Source: Desulfatiglandales bacterium (GTDB lineage: Bacteria; Desulfobacterota; DSM-4660; Desulfatiglandales; HGW-15). Taken from it: 64,000 nucleotides of DNA. Position numbers and translations under genes: made by a program. This document shows, in pieces, positions 51,713 to 62,600 of this stretch. The notes under the pieces are model-generated. The model searched no databases. It worked only from the letters and a program-made list of their open reading frames with translations, and had not been told where the DNA came from. The stretch is taken from assembly GCA_963667015.2 (NCBI GenBank), contig CAXXJJ010000004.1, forward strand, positions 928,001 to 992,000, read 5' to 3'. Every line of letters starts with the position of its first letter. Position 1 is the stretch's first letter.

Positions 51713-53740
51713 CTAAGCCCCCAGCTTCCCTCTTTTTTCCATTGTGTCAGCTACCTTCTTCATTCCGTAGCTTTCAAGCCTTTTCCTTGTTGGCCACCCG
51801 TTTTCTTTGTCCCATCCTTCCAGTTTGTAGAAATGGGTTTTAAAGTCTTCCACTCCCTGCCTGTCCAGGTACATTTCAGGTGCCTCATCAGAGCGCCATT
51901 TTCCGTTTTCATATATCGGCACTCCGCCAAAGTATGTCATACAGCCCGCACCGGGTCTGTACATAAAGGGAGCAAACACCTCGGTATTTCGGCTTCTTCC
52001 GTGCATTACCCTGATAGCGCGTTCCATAGTCCATATCTTCTGTCCTATACGCATGGTATCCTCAAAGGAGTCATTCCTGCCGGTCACAGCCTTATAATAT
52101 TTCATCTCTATTTCCGGTGTAATATCCATAATAGAAGGCAGAAACATCTCACAGAATGCCATGGATTCATTCCAGAATGATGCGTAATATCGGGTAAAGG
52201 CCACCTCCTTGGCCTTGTGTTCAGAATAGAGGCCTGTTTTCCATGCCTCTTTACCCTTCCACGCGTAATTGAACATGAAGATATCATCGGTGTAGGGAAT
52301 TGTCTTTTTTGACAGGGCTTCCAGCTTTTTCTCAATGGGTGTCCCGTCCCGTGAAGGTCCAACCGCTCCTACCAGCCCATGCCAGCTTGGATCACCCGCG
52401 CCAAGCAGGTAATTATATGCCCATTCCGCGGTCGGGAGCGTCCAGTGCCCTGTAGCGCCCCAGGCCGGGAAGCGCAGCGCTCCGTTTTCCAGATCTTCTT
52501 CCAGCCTGCCCCATCTCTCTGCGGCATGCAGACAGCCTTCGGCAAGCGCATCTCCTATACCAACCCTTCTGGAAATCGCATCCAGGAAGGCCTTACGAAA
52601 CTGCAGGCTGCCCCACTCTTCCATGGGCAGAGGGGATGAATCGATCTTCTTGCCCGGTCCAAGTTCGCCGATCTCATATAGATATTTTATATACCAGCCA
52701 ATGCCGGTCTCAACAGGCACCTTTTTATGGAAAAAGTCGGGGGCGCCTGGAATATCAGACAGGAAAAGACCCACAAAATGAGCTCCCCAGCCGCTGGCCC
52801 CGTATCTCATAAGTGCCTCGGACGCCAGGTCCTGTTCTCTTGGCTCCGCAGTCTCCAGCCAGAACTGATCCACACACATGCTTTCCCCGCCATAGATGCT
52901 GTTTCTGCGGCGGTCAGCCCTCAGGCACGGGTTGCAGGATGCGGAACCGGGTTTAGCCGGGCCAAAAGATCCTGTCGTAATATTTCCATTGGCCATGTGC
53001 CATAGTCTGGCATCAAGCATTGCACTGGAATCTGCCATCTTTATGCTGTTTGTTCCTATCACACTGATAGCCTTCAATTTCTTTGCCCCGAATACAGCGC
53101 CATGGCCGCCCACGCGGCCGCTGACCCCGCTGCCTGTTATCAGGGCGGCAAGTCTTGACCTTGCTTCACCAACAGGACCAATACACAGGATCTGCGGTAT
53201 TCCGGTGGTATAGGACTTATTCAGTTCCAACCATTCTTCGCCATAACGGGTCCTTCCCCCCACCATTGCGGCTATGCGTTTCTGGGCCTCCCATGTATCA
53301 GTGCCCCAGAGTTCTGTGGCGTCTTCTATTTTTATCTTGTCGTTGATTATATTTATCCACACGGGGCTGTCGGACGTGCCTTCTACAACAATACCGTCCC
53401 ATCCTGCCAGCTTCATCATAGTGGCGAAACGGCCGCCGAAATTTCCGCGGCAGAATTCGCTGGTCGGAAATGTCTCAGGGGACAGACCGCATATGCTTGT
53501 TCTTCCGACACCCGGAACCCCGGTGGCCGCGAGAGTACCGGTCATAATAGGCAGGACATGATGCGGATCAAACGGATCTTTCAGGTCCCATTCACCCGGT
53601 TCCACTGCAAGGTCCCAGAAAATGGCTGCGCCAATGCCATATCCTCCACCGAATTCCGCATATTTTTCAGTATCGATAGTGCTTATTTCTTTAGTAGTGA
53701 GATTTACCAGTGCTATTTTTCCTGTGTATCCATAAGCCAT
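51713..53740 (-). CDS. AOR/WOR family large subunit 2
   Basis: GYTGKIALVNLT, MKLAGWDGIVVEG, GAVFGAKKLKAI, FYKLEGWD..GWPT. Confidence 0.88.
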   Translation of the reverse strand: MAYGYTGKIALVNLTTKEISTIDTEKYAEFGGGYGIGAAIFWDLAVEPGEWDLKDPFDPHHVLPIMTGTLAATGVPGVGRTSICGLSPETFPTSEFCRGNFGGRFATMMKLAGWDGIVVEGTSDSPVWINIINDKIKIEDATELWGTDTWEAQKRIAAMVGGRTRYGEEWLELNKSYTTGIPQILCIGPVGEARSRLAALITGSGVSGRVGGHGAVFGAKKLKAISVIGTNSIKMADSSAMLDARLWHMANGNITTGSFGPAKPGSASCNPCLRADRRRNSIYGGESMCVDQFWLETAEPREQDLASEALMRYGASGWGAHFVGLFLSDIPGAPDFFHKKVPVETGIGWYIKYLYEIGELGPGKKIDSSPLPMEEWGSLQFRKAFLDAISRRVGIGDALAEGCLHAAERWGRLEEDLENGALRFPAWGATGHWTLPTAEWAYNYLLGAGDPSWHGLVGAVGPSRDGTPIEKKLEALSKKTIPYTDDIFMFNYAWKGKEAWKTGLYSEHKAKEVAFTRYYASFWNESMAFCEMFLPSIMDITPEIEMKYYKAVTGRNDSFEDTMRIGQKIWTMERAIRVMHGRSRNTEVFAPFMYRPGAGCMTYFGGVPIYENGKWRSDEAPEMYLDRQGVEDFKTHFYKLEGWDKENGWPTRKRLESYGMKKVADTMEKRGKLGA

Positions 53741-53762
53741 ATTGTTTCTCCTTTCCTATGAT

Positions 53763-54482
53763 TTAGACAACGGCTTTTTTTGCACCAGGGCCAGGTGGGA
53801 TTTCAGGAGCAGGCGGCGCCATATCAACATCATATCCTTTGACGTCCTCCTGAGTCGGAGCAGTTTTTACCAGCTTCAGGGCCTTTGCCGGACATATTGT
53901 AACGCATGCCGGTTCTCCATCCGGTCCACCCTTCTTATTCCAGTAAGGAGTATCAATACACAGGTCACACTTGGTTGATTTTTTAATATAAGGATTCCAT
54001 ACCGTACGGTGAGGCCTTTGAGGACACATCTGGATACATTTCTTACAGCCGATACATTTATCTGTATCAATAACACGGACATTTCCATGTTCAATATCTA
54101 TATGTGCGGCCCCGGTAGGGCAGTTTTCAACACAAAGTGGCGTAACACACTGCCTGCAGAGAGCCAATACTATATCATTAGGATAGGTCGTAAATGATGG
54201 AGCATCACGGATGATCTGTATACGTGACAATGAGGGATTTGCCTCTCCATAATGTGCTGAAGAACATGCAAACATGCAGCTCTGGCATCCCCAGCATACT
54301 CTGCTGTCGTAAACAATATATGCCTCTGATTTGGGAAAAGAATTTTTTGAGGACGTTTTGGCTGTGACCGGAGTGCCGGCAGCTATCGCTCCTGCTGCAA
54401 GTGCAGCACCGCTTCCTACAAGAAACTGTCGCCGGTTCATTTCCTTTTTCTTTTGATTTATTTTTTCAGAATCAGCCATCAA
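53763..54482 (-). CDS. 4Fe-4S dicluster subunit with Tat signal
   Basis: NRRQFLVG; four Cys clusters; paralogue of 50895-51506. Confidence 0.9.
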   Translation of the reverse strand: MMADSEKINQKKKEMNRRQFLVGSGAALAAGAIAAGTPVTAKTSSKNSFPKSEAYIVYDSRVCWGCQSCMFACSSAHYGEANPSLSRIQIIRDAPSFTTYPNDIVLALCRQCVTPLCVENCPTGAAHIDIEHGNVRVIDTDKCIGCKKCIQMCPQRPHRTVWNPYIKKSTKCDLCIDTPYWNKKGGPDGEPACVTICPAKALKLVKTAPTQEDVKGYDVDMAPPAPEIPPGPGAKKAVV

Positions 54483-55029
54483 GCATTCTCCTTTTACTTG
54501 ATCTTCACCTTTAATAATCTCTAAAACTTACAATTCTTTTTTTTTAAAAGACATCATCACACCTTGTATCATAATCGATATAACTCATTTCAAAAAAAAT
54601 ATACCGGTTAAGTATATTGCAGATTGTTACACCCTTATATCGATCTCGACATAAGTGTCAATAAAAAAATGCAATATCATAATAACCGGCCAAAATAAGC
54701 ATTTTTACAACTTTTCTATTTCAATTTATTTTCTTATTTATGTTTTTATTAACATATCAATCATTTTAGATTATTTTGATTTTTGCTAAAAATACCATAT
54801 GTCATTTTTGATATATTTTAATTGACAATAAATAATTTATTAATCTATGTTTACCGGGTTACTCGCCCATAAATACATAGATGTTCTTTATACCGGAATA
54901 AAATTCCAGCGAGACTAATAAGCACAAAATCCTATTAATAAAATGGGAAGTAAGATAATACCCTCACTTATATCATTTTCGATATAAGTGAAAATGAGAA
55001 ATAAGATTAAATCAATCAGGAGAAAACAT

Positions 55030-56496
55030 ATGAAAGAATTAAAGATGTTGATAAACGGTGAATTAGTTGATGCCGTATCAGGCAAGACATACCCGGTAAT
55101 TAACCCTGCGACTGAGGAAACAGTTACAGATCTACCCCTTGGAGGGGAAGAAGAAGTAAATATGGCTGTGGAAGCAGCAAAAAAGGCATTTTCAATATGG
55201 TCAAAAGTTCCTGTTGCCGAAAGGTGCCGACTTGTAAAGGAACTGGCCGGGGCGATCAGGGAGAATGCGGAAGATCTTGGAAAACTTGATGTACTTGACC
55301 ATGGAACGCCTGCACAAACCGCATTTTTTATGGCCATGGGTTCAGCCGCAAGTCTTGATTTTGCCGCAGATACCGCAAGAACAATGATGAGTGAAATGAT
55401 CCCTGCATCAGGCAACACCCTTACATATACAAGAAAAGAACCTGCTGGAGTTGTTGCCCTTATCACCCCCTGGAACGCCCCGTTGATGATGATCTGTGAT
55501 AAGCTTGGAGGCATTCTGGCCACAGGAAATACATGCGTGATAAAACCGCCCAGCATTGATTCACTTGAAGCACTCAAACTTGCGGAGATTATCTCTAATT
55601 TGGATTTTCCACCCGGTACTGTAAATATAATAACAGGTCCCGGAGGACTGGTTGGCAATATGCTCTCATCACATCCAGATGTAGATATGGTCGCATTTAC
55701 AGGCAGTTGTGAAACCGGAAAGGTTATTATCGAAAATGCCGGCAAAACAGTGAAAAAGATGGGTATGGAGCTGGGAGGGAAAAATCCCTATATTATACTG
55801 GAAGATGCGGACCTGGATGTAGCGGTTGAGAAGCTTGTAAGGTCCCAGTATATAAATACCGGAATGATATGCGCAGCACCCGGAAGAATATATGTTCATG
55901 AAAAAATATATGATGAATTTGTTAAAAGATTCGTTGAAGGATCCAGAAATATAACCGCCGGTGACCCGAATGACCCGAAGACCTTTATGGGGCCTGTTGT
56001 AAGCGCGGAACATAGAGATAAGGTAGAAAGCCTTATCAGATCCGGAATAGATGAAGGAGCAACCCTTCTGCTTGGAGGAAAAAGGCCTACCGAACCTCCT
56101 CTTGACAGGGGTTACTATGTATTACCCACCGTATTCAGCAATGTCACACCCGAAATGACAATCTACCGTGAAGAAATATTCGGTCCTGTTGCGTGTATTG
56201 TGAAATTTTCCTCTGAAGATGAAGTAATAAAAGCCGCCAATGACAATGTTTTTGGACTCTGTGCTGCAGTATATACGAGGGATGCGGCAAAGGGCATCAG
56301 GTTTGCCAATGAACTTCAGGCAGGTACGGTCTGGATTAATGAGGGGCTTGCAGCATCAACCGATCTTCCCTGGGGAGGATATAAGGAAAGCGGATTTGGC
56401 AAGGTAAGCGGCGTTCATGGGGTCCATGAATTTACACAGGAAAAACTCATTTGGGTCGACATGTTTAATGGGAAAATGCAGCAGATGCCGGGTTAA
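55030..56496 (+). CDS. NAD(P)-dependent aldehyde dehydrogenase
   Basis: ITPWNAP, FTGS, ELGGKNP, GMIC, EEIFGPV, PWGGYKESG. Confidence 0.95.
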   Translation: MKELKMLINGELVDAVSGKTYPVINPATEETVTDLPLGGEEEVNMAVEAAKKAFSIWSKVPVAERCRLVKELAGAIRENAEDLGKLDVLDHGTPAQTAFFMAMGSAASLDFAADTARTMMSEMIPASGNTLTYTRKEPAGVVALITPWNAPLMMICDKLGGILATGNTCVIKPPSIDSLEALKLAEIISNLDFPPGTVNIITGPGGLVGNMLSSHPDVDMVAFTGSCETGKVIIENAGKTVKKMGMELGGKNPYIILEDADLDVAVEKLVRSQYINTGMICAAPGRIYVHEKIYDEFVKRFVEGSRNITAGDPNDPKTFMGPVVSAEHRDKVESLIRSGIDEGATLLLGGKRPTEPPLDRGYYVLPTVFSNVTPEMTIYREEIFGPVACIVKFSSEDEVIKAANDNVFGLCAAVYTRDAAKGIRFANELQAGTVWINEGLAASTDLPWGGYKESGFGKVSGVHGVHEFTQEKLIWVDMFNGKMQQMPG

Positions 56497-56529
56497 GTTT
56501 TTTAATTTTAGGTATAAAAGGAGATAAAT

Positions 56530-57369
56530 TTGGAATTTAAAGGAAAAACAGCCGTTGTAACAGGTTCATCAGGTGGCATTGGTCGCAGCATAGCAATTCT
56601 GCTTGCAAAGGAGGGTGTGGACATAGTCCTTGCCTCACGTAACGTGCCAAATATGGAAGAGGTTAAAGGTAAAATAGAGGAACTCGGCAAAAAAGCCCTT
56701 GTTGTTGCCTGCGACATGGCAAAGGATGAAGACGTTATTTCTATGAAGGATCAGGCAATAGCCGAATTCGGTAATATTGATATCCTCATCAATAATGCCG
56801 CAGTAGGAGTACGCGGCACACTGGACAAAATACCCCTTGAAGACTGGAAATTTATCATCAACACAAACCTTATGGGCTATATTCGAAACATACATGCCTT
56901 TATGCCCCACTTTATCAAAAGAGGCAGCGGTTATATAGTTAATGTTTCGTCAATACAGGCCCTTATATATACAGCAGAAATGTTAGGTATCCCCTATATA
57001 ACAACAAAGGCCGGGATTATCGGTTTAACAGAATCGCTTTATGGCTACCTCGGGCAGTCCGGCATCAGGGTTTCATGCCTGGTTCCCGGCGGAGTAAGGA
57101 CAAATATCAGCGAGAATTCAAAGTATGTAGGAACAGAAGAAGAAAAAAGCAGGATGAAAAAGGATACTGAAGAATTCTTTAAAATGCCCTTTTTCCTTTC
57201 GGCCGATCAGCTGGCAGAAGGCTTCCTTGAAGGAATGAAAAGAGAAGAATATATAATTATGGTTCCGGATATGCATGACAAATGTAAAGAACAGGGAAGA
57301 AATATAATGAAGCTGAATGAATTTATGAAAAATTCCCTTACAAAAACAGGTCATAGAATTGAATACTGA
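56530..57369 (+). CDS. Short-chain dehydrogenase/reductase
   Basis: TGSSGGIG, NNAA, VSS, YITTK. Confidence 0.93.
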   Translation: MEFKGKTAVVTGSSGGIGRSIAILLAKEGVDIVLASRNVPNMEEVKGKIEELGKKALVVACDMAKDEDVISMKDQAIAEFGNIDILINNAAVGVRGTLDKIPLEDWKFIINTNLMGYIRNIHAFMPHFIKRGSGYIVNVSSIQALIYTAEMLGIPYITTKAGIIGLTESLYGYLGQSGIRVSCLVPGGVRTNISENSKYVGTEEEKSRMKKDTEEFFKMPFFLSADQLAEGFLEGMKREEYIIMVPDMHDKCKEQGRNIMKLNEFMKNSLTKTGHRIEY

Positions 57370-57575
57370 ATATTTGTTCACAAAATTATTGGCTATACGT
57401 GATGCCGTCCAGATATTTTCGCTGTTAAAATTCAGGATTTTAGCATCAAACCCGAGTATTTTTTCTATTAATTTCATTACCCTGTTAACCTTTTCTTTAA
57501 TGGATGTTGGTTACAATCCATCCTTCCAATGGTTTAATTCGAGTGTTCCACCTTTTTTGTAAGAGGACCGTTTAT

Positions 57576-57650
57576 TTACATTTCATTTCTCAATTTAAAT
57601 CCTGGCGGCGGAATAAATTCTCCAGTTGGCGGATCGTACATATATATCCA
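57576..57650 (-). pseudogene. Orphan C-terminal fragment paralogous to the M56 protein's C-terminus
   Basis: WIYMYDPPTGEFIPPPGFKLRNEM* versus YLNMYDPPTGKFHAPVGLKLK near 59650-59715. Confidence 0.6.
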
Positions 57651-57742
57651 GTAACCCGGCATTATTAAATGCAGAAGTTAAATCATGATTTTATTTATAA
57701 AGTGGCAGTTCTCTTTCACAGTCATCCTGCCACAGCCTTTCT

Positions 57743-58711
57743 TTAATTTCCAACTGTATCACCACTGCATTTTTCAGCTTTTTGGGCCAACTCCAATCCC
57801 CTGCAGTCGCCCAGGTCACAGGCCTTTTTAATATCAAGGCACATGTTTTCAGTGTCTTTAAGTTTATTATAGGCAACTGCTCTATTGTTATAGGCCTGTA
57901 AAAAGCTCTTATCCAGTTCAATTACCTTTGTATAATCTGCGACTGCTTCGCTGTATTTACCCAGGTTCCTGAAGGCATCTCCTCTGGCAAAATAGGCCTC
58001 CGGCATTTCAGGCTCTATTTTAATTGCGCCATCGAAATCTTTAATAGCCTTTTTATAATCCTTCAGCACACTGTAGGCATCGCCTCTCAGTTTGTAGAGC
58101 AGAGCAATTTTTCCGGATCTTTTTATAGCCTCATTAAAGTCCTTGATTGCCTTTTCATATTCCTTCAAATTCATGTACGCTATGCCCCTTCCGGAATATC
58201 CGGGGCCGTATTTTTTACTTATTTTTATTGCTTCAGAGAATGCCTTGACAGCATTATCATATTCCCCGACCTTAATAAATTTAAAGCCTTTTTGGGCTGC
58301 TTCATATGCATCGTATGGTGTTTTAGCTCCGGCCACACTAAACTTCATTGGCAATTTAACATAACAGTCGACGGGTTCTCCATTTTTGGTGGCGGGTTTA
58401 AATCTATATTGTTTTGCCGCTTCCAGGGCTGAAGCGTCAAAAACTCCTTCAGGAACAGCCGTTACAACGTTGGGATCTCTTACCCCGCCATCTTTATTGA
58501 CTATAAACCCTAAAACAACACGGCCTTCTACACCTTGAATCTGCATTTCCAAAGGATATCTCGGTGGGACTGCAATAATAACCCTGGGAGGTGTACTTAC
58601 CTCATCCAACCTGAATACTTTCTCTTGAGAATTTGAATCATCAGATGCGTAGGATATGTTCTGCATAAGAGATGCAAAAAGAATCAGCACAATCAACAAA
58701 TGTCTTTTCAT
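57743..58711 (-). CDS. TonB C-terminal domain + TPR protein
   Basis: Signal peptide; PPRYP..GVEGRVVLGFIVNKDG..FKPATKNGEPV; ~5 TPRs; KACDLG. Confidence 0.88.
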   Translation of the reverse strand: MKRHLLIVLILFASLMQNISYASDDSNSQEKVFRLDEVSTPPRVIIAVPPRYPLEMQIQGVEGRVVLGFIVNKDGGVRDPNVVTAVPEGVFDASALEAAKQYRFKPATKNGEPVDCYVKLPMKFSVAGAKTPYDAYEAAQKGFKFIKVGEYDNAVKAFSEAIKISKKYGPGYSGRGIAYMNLKEYEKAIKDFNEAIKRSGKIALLYKLRGDAYSVLKDYKKAIKDFDGAIKIEPEMPEAYFARGDAFRNLGKYSEAVADYTKVIELDKSFLQAYNNRAVAYNKLKDTENMCLDIKKACDLGDCRGLELAQKAEKCSGDTVGN

Positions 58712-58772
58712 AGTATCTTCTCCATTTTAAATTTAACTATTCACAGTTGAATTGATATATTAATGAAGCATG

Positions 58773-59453
58773 TTAAAAAATATCCGTCCACGGGATATCT
58801 CTTTTGTATGATTCCAGCCGCTTTACATACCCGTCCAGATTATCCGATCTACCTTCTTCTTTCAATAACTGTATAGCCTTTTCCTGGCTCTCAACTGCCG
58901 TATCAAAATCTCCGGCTTCAGCATAAGCTGCAGCAAGTGTGTTAAGCACCTGTGGTTCAAGGACAATATGATAACCTGCTCTTTTTCCAAACCCGACTGC
59001 TTTTTCTGCAAACGCCACAGCCTTTGATCCGTCACGATATTTTTCATCGCTGCAGGTGGCAAGCAACCAGGCAAGATCATGATATGCTGGAGGGTAGCTG
59101 TTAAGCCTTATCGCCTTGATATACTCTTTGATAGCCAAATCATACTGTTTTTTCAAATAATAAACAGATCCTCTTTCCCGGTAATAGTTTGAATCAGGAT
59201 TTAACTCTATTGCCTTATTAAGATCATCAACAGCAAGATCATATTCTTTTTGCTGTTTATATAATGCTGCTCTATGAAAATAGGCGTCATAGTTTATCGG
59301 ATTTATTTTAATTGCCCTGTTATAGTCCGCAAGAGCCTGCTCATAGTTTTCCTCAACAAAATGGGAATAGCCACCGTTTCTATAGGAGTATGTATTACAT
59401 CCGGGAAGAATAAAGATAGCCAGTAACACAGAACAGTAAAATCTAATTTTCAT
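58773..59453 (-). CDS. TPR lipoprotein
   Basis: Lipobox LPGC; TPRs; LAWLLATC..RDG..LAAAYAEAGDF. Confidence 0.85.
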   Translation of the reverse strand: MKIRFYCSVLLAIFILPGCNTYSYRNGGYSHFVEENYEQALADYNRAIKINPINYDAYFHRAALYKQQKEYDLAVDDLNKAIELNPDSNYYRERGSVYYLKKQYDLAIKEYIKAIRLNSYPPAYHDLAWLLATCSDEKYRDGSKAVAFAEKAVGFGKRAGYHIVLEPQVLNTLAAAYAEAGDFDTAVESQEKAIQLLKEEGRSDNLDGYVKRLESYKRDIPWTDIF

Positions 59454-59603
59454 AAACCGCCTCAACAATGTAAATGGGACCGGGAGGGGGAAAACACTTC
59501 CCCTCCCCTTTCCCAGTTTCCTCAAAGGGAGGGTTATTGAGGAAACATTATCGTTCAGACAGAACTGAACATTCGACAAATGAATGAGGTACTATAACTA
59601 TTA

Positions 59604-62600
59604 TTAATGATGTTGGGTTAACCCAACCGACCCGCTATTATATTTTATTTTCAGTTTTAACCCTACCGGAGCATGAAATTTCCCGGTTGGAGGATCATAC
59701 ATATTTAGATAAACCTTGATTGGCTCGCTTAAACCCTCATAGGTAACTTCATAGATGTCCAGTGCTGCAAATGGTGAGTTCGGTGTTTCAAAAGCACAGC
59801 AACTGCCCAGTCTTTTGTATTTTATTTTTTCACCATTGGGTCCGCACAGCAGGTCTAAGTAATCACGTTCACCCTTTGGCCCTCCTCCGGTTTTAATTGC
59901 AGTGTCTTCAGTCAATCCGTAATTGTTCGGTATCGATTCTTCTTTAAAAGTAATGGTCGTATTTCCGTCGATTGTTACAGTTTTTCGTCCGTTATACTTG
60001 TAATCTTCATTAGATTGCTCCCCCTTCCACACATTGCAGTAAACAGTAAGAACTGTCCCTCCTTCGAAAAAAGTATCTTTGCCATTCATATGCAGGGTGA
60101 TGCTTTTCTTTCCGGCATTATCTAGAACAAGTAAATCCGACACTGCTCGATTTACGTTGTTTATATCGACAGCATTTGATCCGGCGTTAAGGCCGGAAAA
60201 ATGTGGCAGATCAACGACAACCTTCAACGTTCCTCCTTTTAGGCCGCCATCAGTCGAACGGCCTGTCATACTACCCAAATCTTCTCCAATTTCTTTTTGA
60301 CTTTCCTCCGTGATGGATACTTTTTTGCCGTTTATCCGCGGAGCCGTGATTGCTACATTGTTCTGGATAAACAGAAGATGTGATACTTTTCCACTCACAT
60401 CTTTAATAAATTCCAGCCGGGTATCTATTATATTATCAAAAAATAGTTTTTCTGATTCCGGTAACAGAGCCTTTAGCATTAAGCCGGGAAACTGCGCAAA
60501 CAACTGATTGTTTTCCATAGTAATCATAAGGTTAAGGTCCGGGTTCATTTTATAGGTACCTACATACTGGGACAGGGTATCGGCCGTTAATGTTACAGTG
60601 TTTCCATCAGTAACTTTATCACTTGTTCGAACCGCTTTTTTTTCAACACCATCCTGTGTCAGTATCAGGTGAGTAATATTTCCGCTTTCATCTTTAAAAA
60701 ATTCTACTTCTGTATTCGATTTATTGTTAACAAATTTCATATTTGATTCATTAAGCAGGGCGACAACACCCTGACCGGTCAACTGGCTGATAAGTCGATT
60801 ATTCAATAGGCTGATTATGATATTCGTATCAGGATTCAATTTATAGGTGCCGGTATATTGAGAAAGAATTTCACCAGGAAGAACATGTATGATTTTCCGA
60901 TTTTCAATTGGAAGATTATTCATGTTCCTCATTGGAATTTGATTCGCAGTAATCTTGAAGCTCGTGACATACCTTTCAAATGTTTGCAGATTTTCATTAT
61001 AAGTATTTATATGACTGTTGTAACGAATACGGTAAAATACTGAGTTACCTTGAATAATATAGTCCTTCTCTCTTTTTATAATATCCCTGAAATTGTACTC
61101 ATAAACGGCATAATATGATTTGCGGCCATCAATGGTTGTTGTACCGCTTGATTCTATTTTAAAATTTTTATAATCATATTTTTTCTGCATACCATCAATC
61201 CAGCCCCTGAATATCTCTGCCGGGTGTAAACCGTTCCCATCAGGGACAGGAATACGCCCCACATATATTGTTGTTAATTTAGACGGAAGATTGAATGCCA
61301 TATCATTAAACGGTTCAGCTGATATTTTTTCCCATCCCTCTCCGGGAGATGGATCAATAGTATAATTGATTTCCTTTGGATAAAAAGTTCCCTGGGTTGT
61401 TTGACGTGGGGAAGAGCCTTGTTCCAGTCTCCTTTGCATTGCAATAAGCTTATTTTTTATATCATTAGCGAATGCCGGGGGAAGTGATCTGTCTTTTCCT
61501 GGGCTTCTTGCTTCAATAAGGCTCAATGTTTTCATGCAGTATTTTTTAGCCTCTTCAAATTGCTGCATGCTCTCATAGCAAAGAGCCATATAAAAATTGC
61601 CTGTAACATGATTCCTGTCCAGCTCGATAGACTGTTTAAAGTCTTCCAGCGCTGAGGCATATTCACGGAGGGGTGTTCTTTTTATGGCTCCCCGGTCAAT
61701 ATATAATTGCGGATTTTTAGGTTTTTTTATTATCGCCATGGTTAAATATTCAATGGCTTTCCTGTAGTCTCCATTCATACGGGCTATACTTGCAAGTTCT
61801 TCATAATTAGCAGGGCCGTAAGGATCGGACTCAATACTCATTTTGAAATCAGCCTCTGCCAGATCAGACTTCCTTAATTTTTCTGCGTATAATTTTCCTC
61901 TCTTGCTTAACGCATCGGGGTTACCCGGTTCAATTGTCAGAATTTCACTATAGAGCTCAATCGCCTGGCCATAATTTCCCTTTAGTCGTTCTATCTCTGC
62001 AAGTTTGCTTCTAATTGAAGTTGAGTCAGTAAATATTTTCAGGGTTCGTTGAACAACATCTTCTATTCTTTTTGTTATTAGGGGATCGCTGAAGTAATCA
62101 CTCTTATTCTCGGCGCCCCTATAATTTTCTATTATGTAATCCAGCATTATTTCATGAATGATACTTTTTTGGGGAGCGTTTTCATAACAATGTTCTGCAA
62201 AGGCTTTATCCTTTTCTTTTGTGCCATACCATTTGGGCCTTATAAAGTTCTGTTTTCTGGCATAGGCAGAATACGCGATCGGGTCAACAGCTACTGCCCT
62301 TTTAAACCAAATATCCATCTCTTCTTCACCCAAACCTAATCCAAGACATACTGTAATCATGTGGACTGAACAGTTCGGGTCTTCGGGGTTTATGGAGTAG
62401 GCTTTCTCAAGATCATTTTTTGCAAGTTCAAGATTTTCCCTGAACTTTCTCCTGCCTTCGTCTGTGACAGTATATCCAAGACCATGTCCTCGATGTTTCC
62501 ATGCCTCAGAGATGTAAAAATTCCCTCTAAATATAAAAGATGCCTGGTGGGAATCCTCTTCTGCACACCATTTGTCAAGCATGTCAGGGCTCTCTAATCT

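Noticed and set aside
54915..55745. 276-aa minus-strand ORF
   Set aside because: Antisense to a clear aldehyde dehydrogenase.
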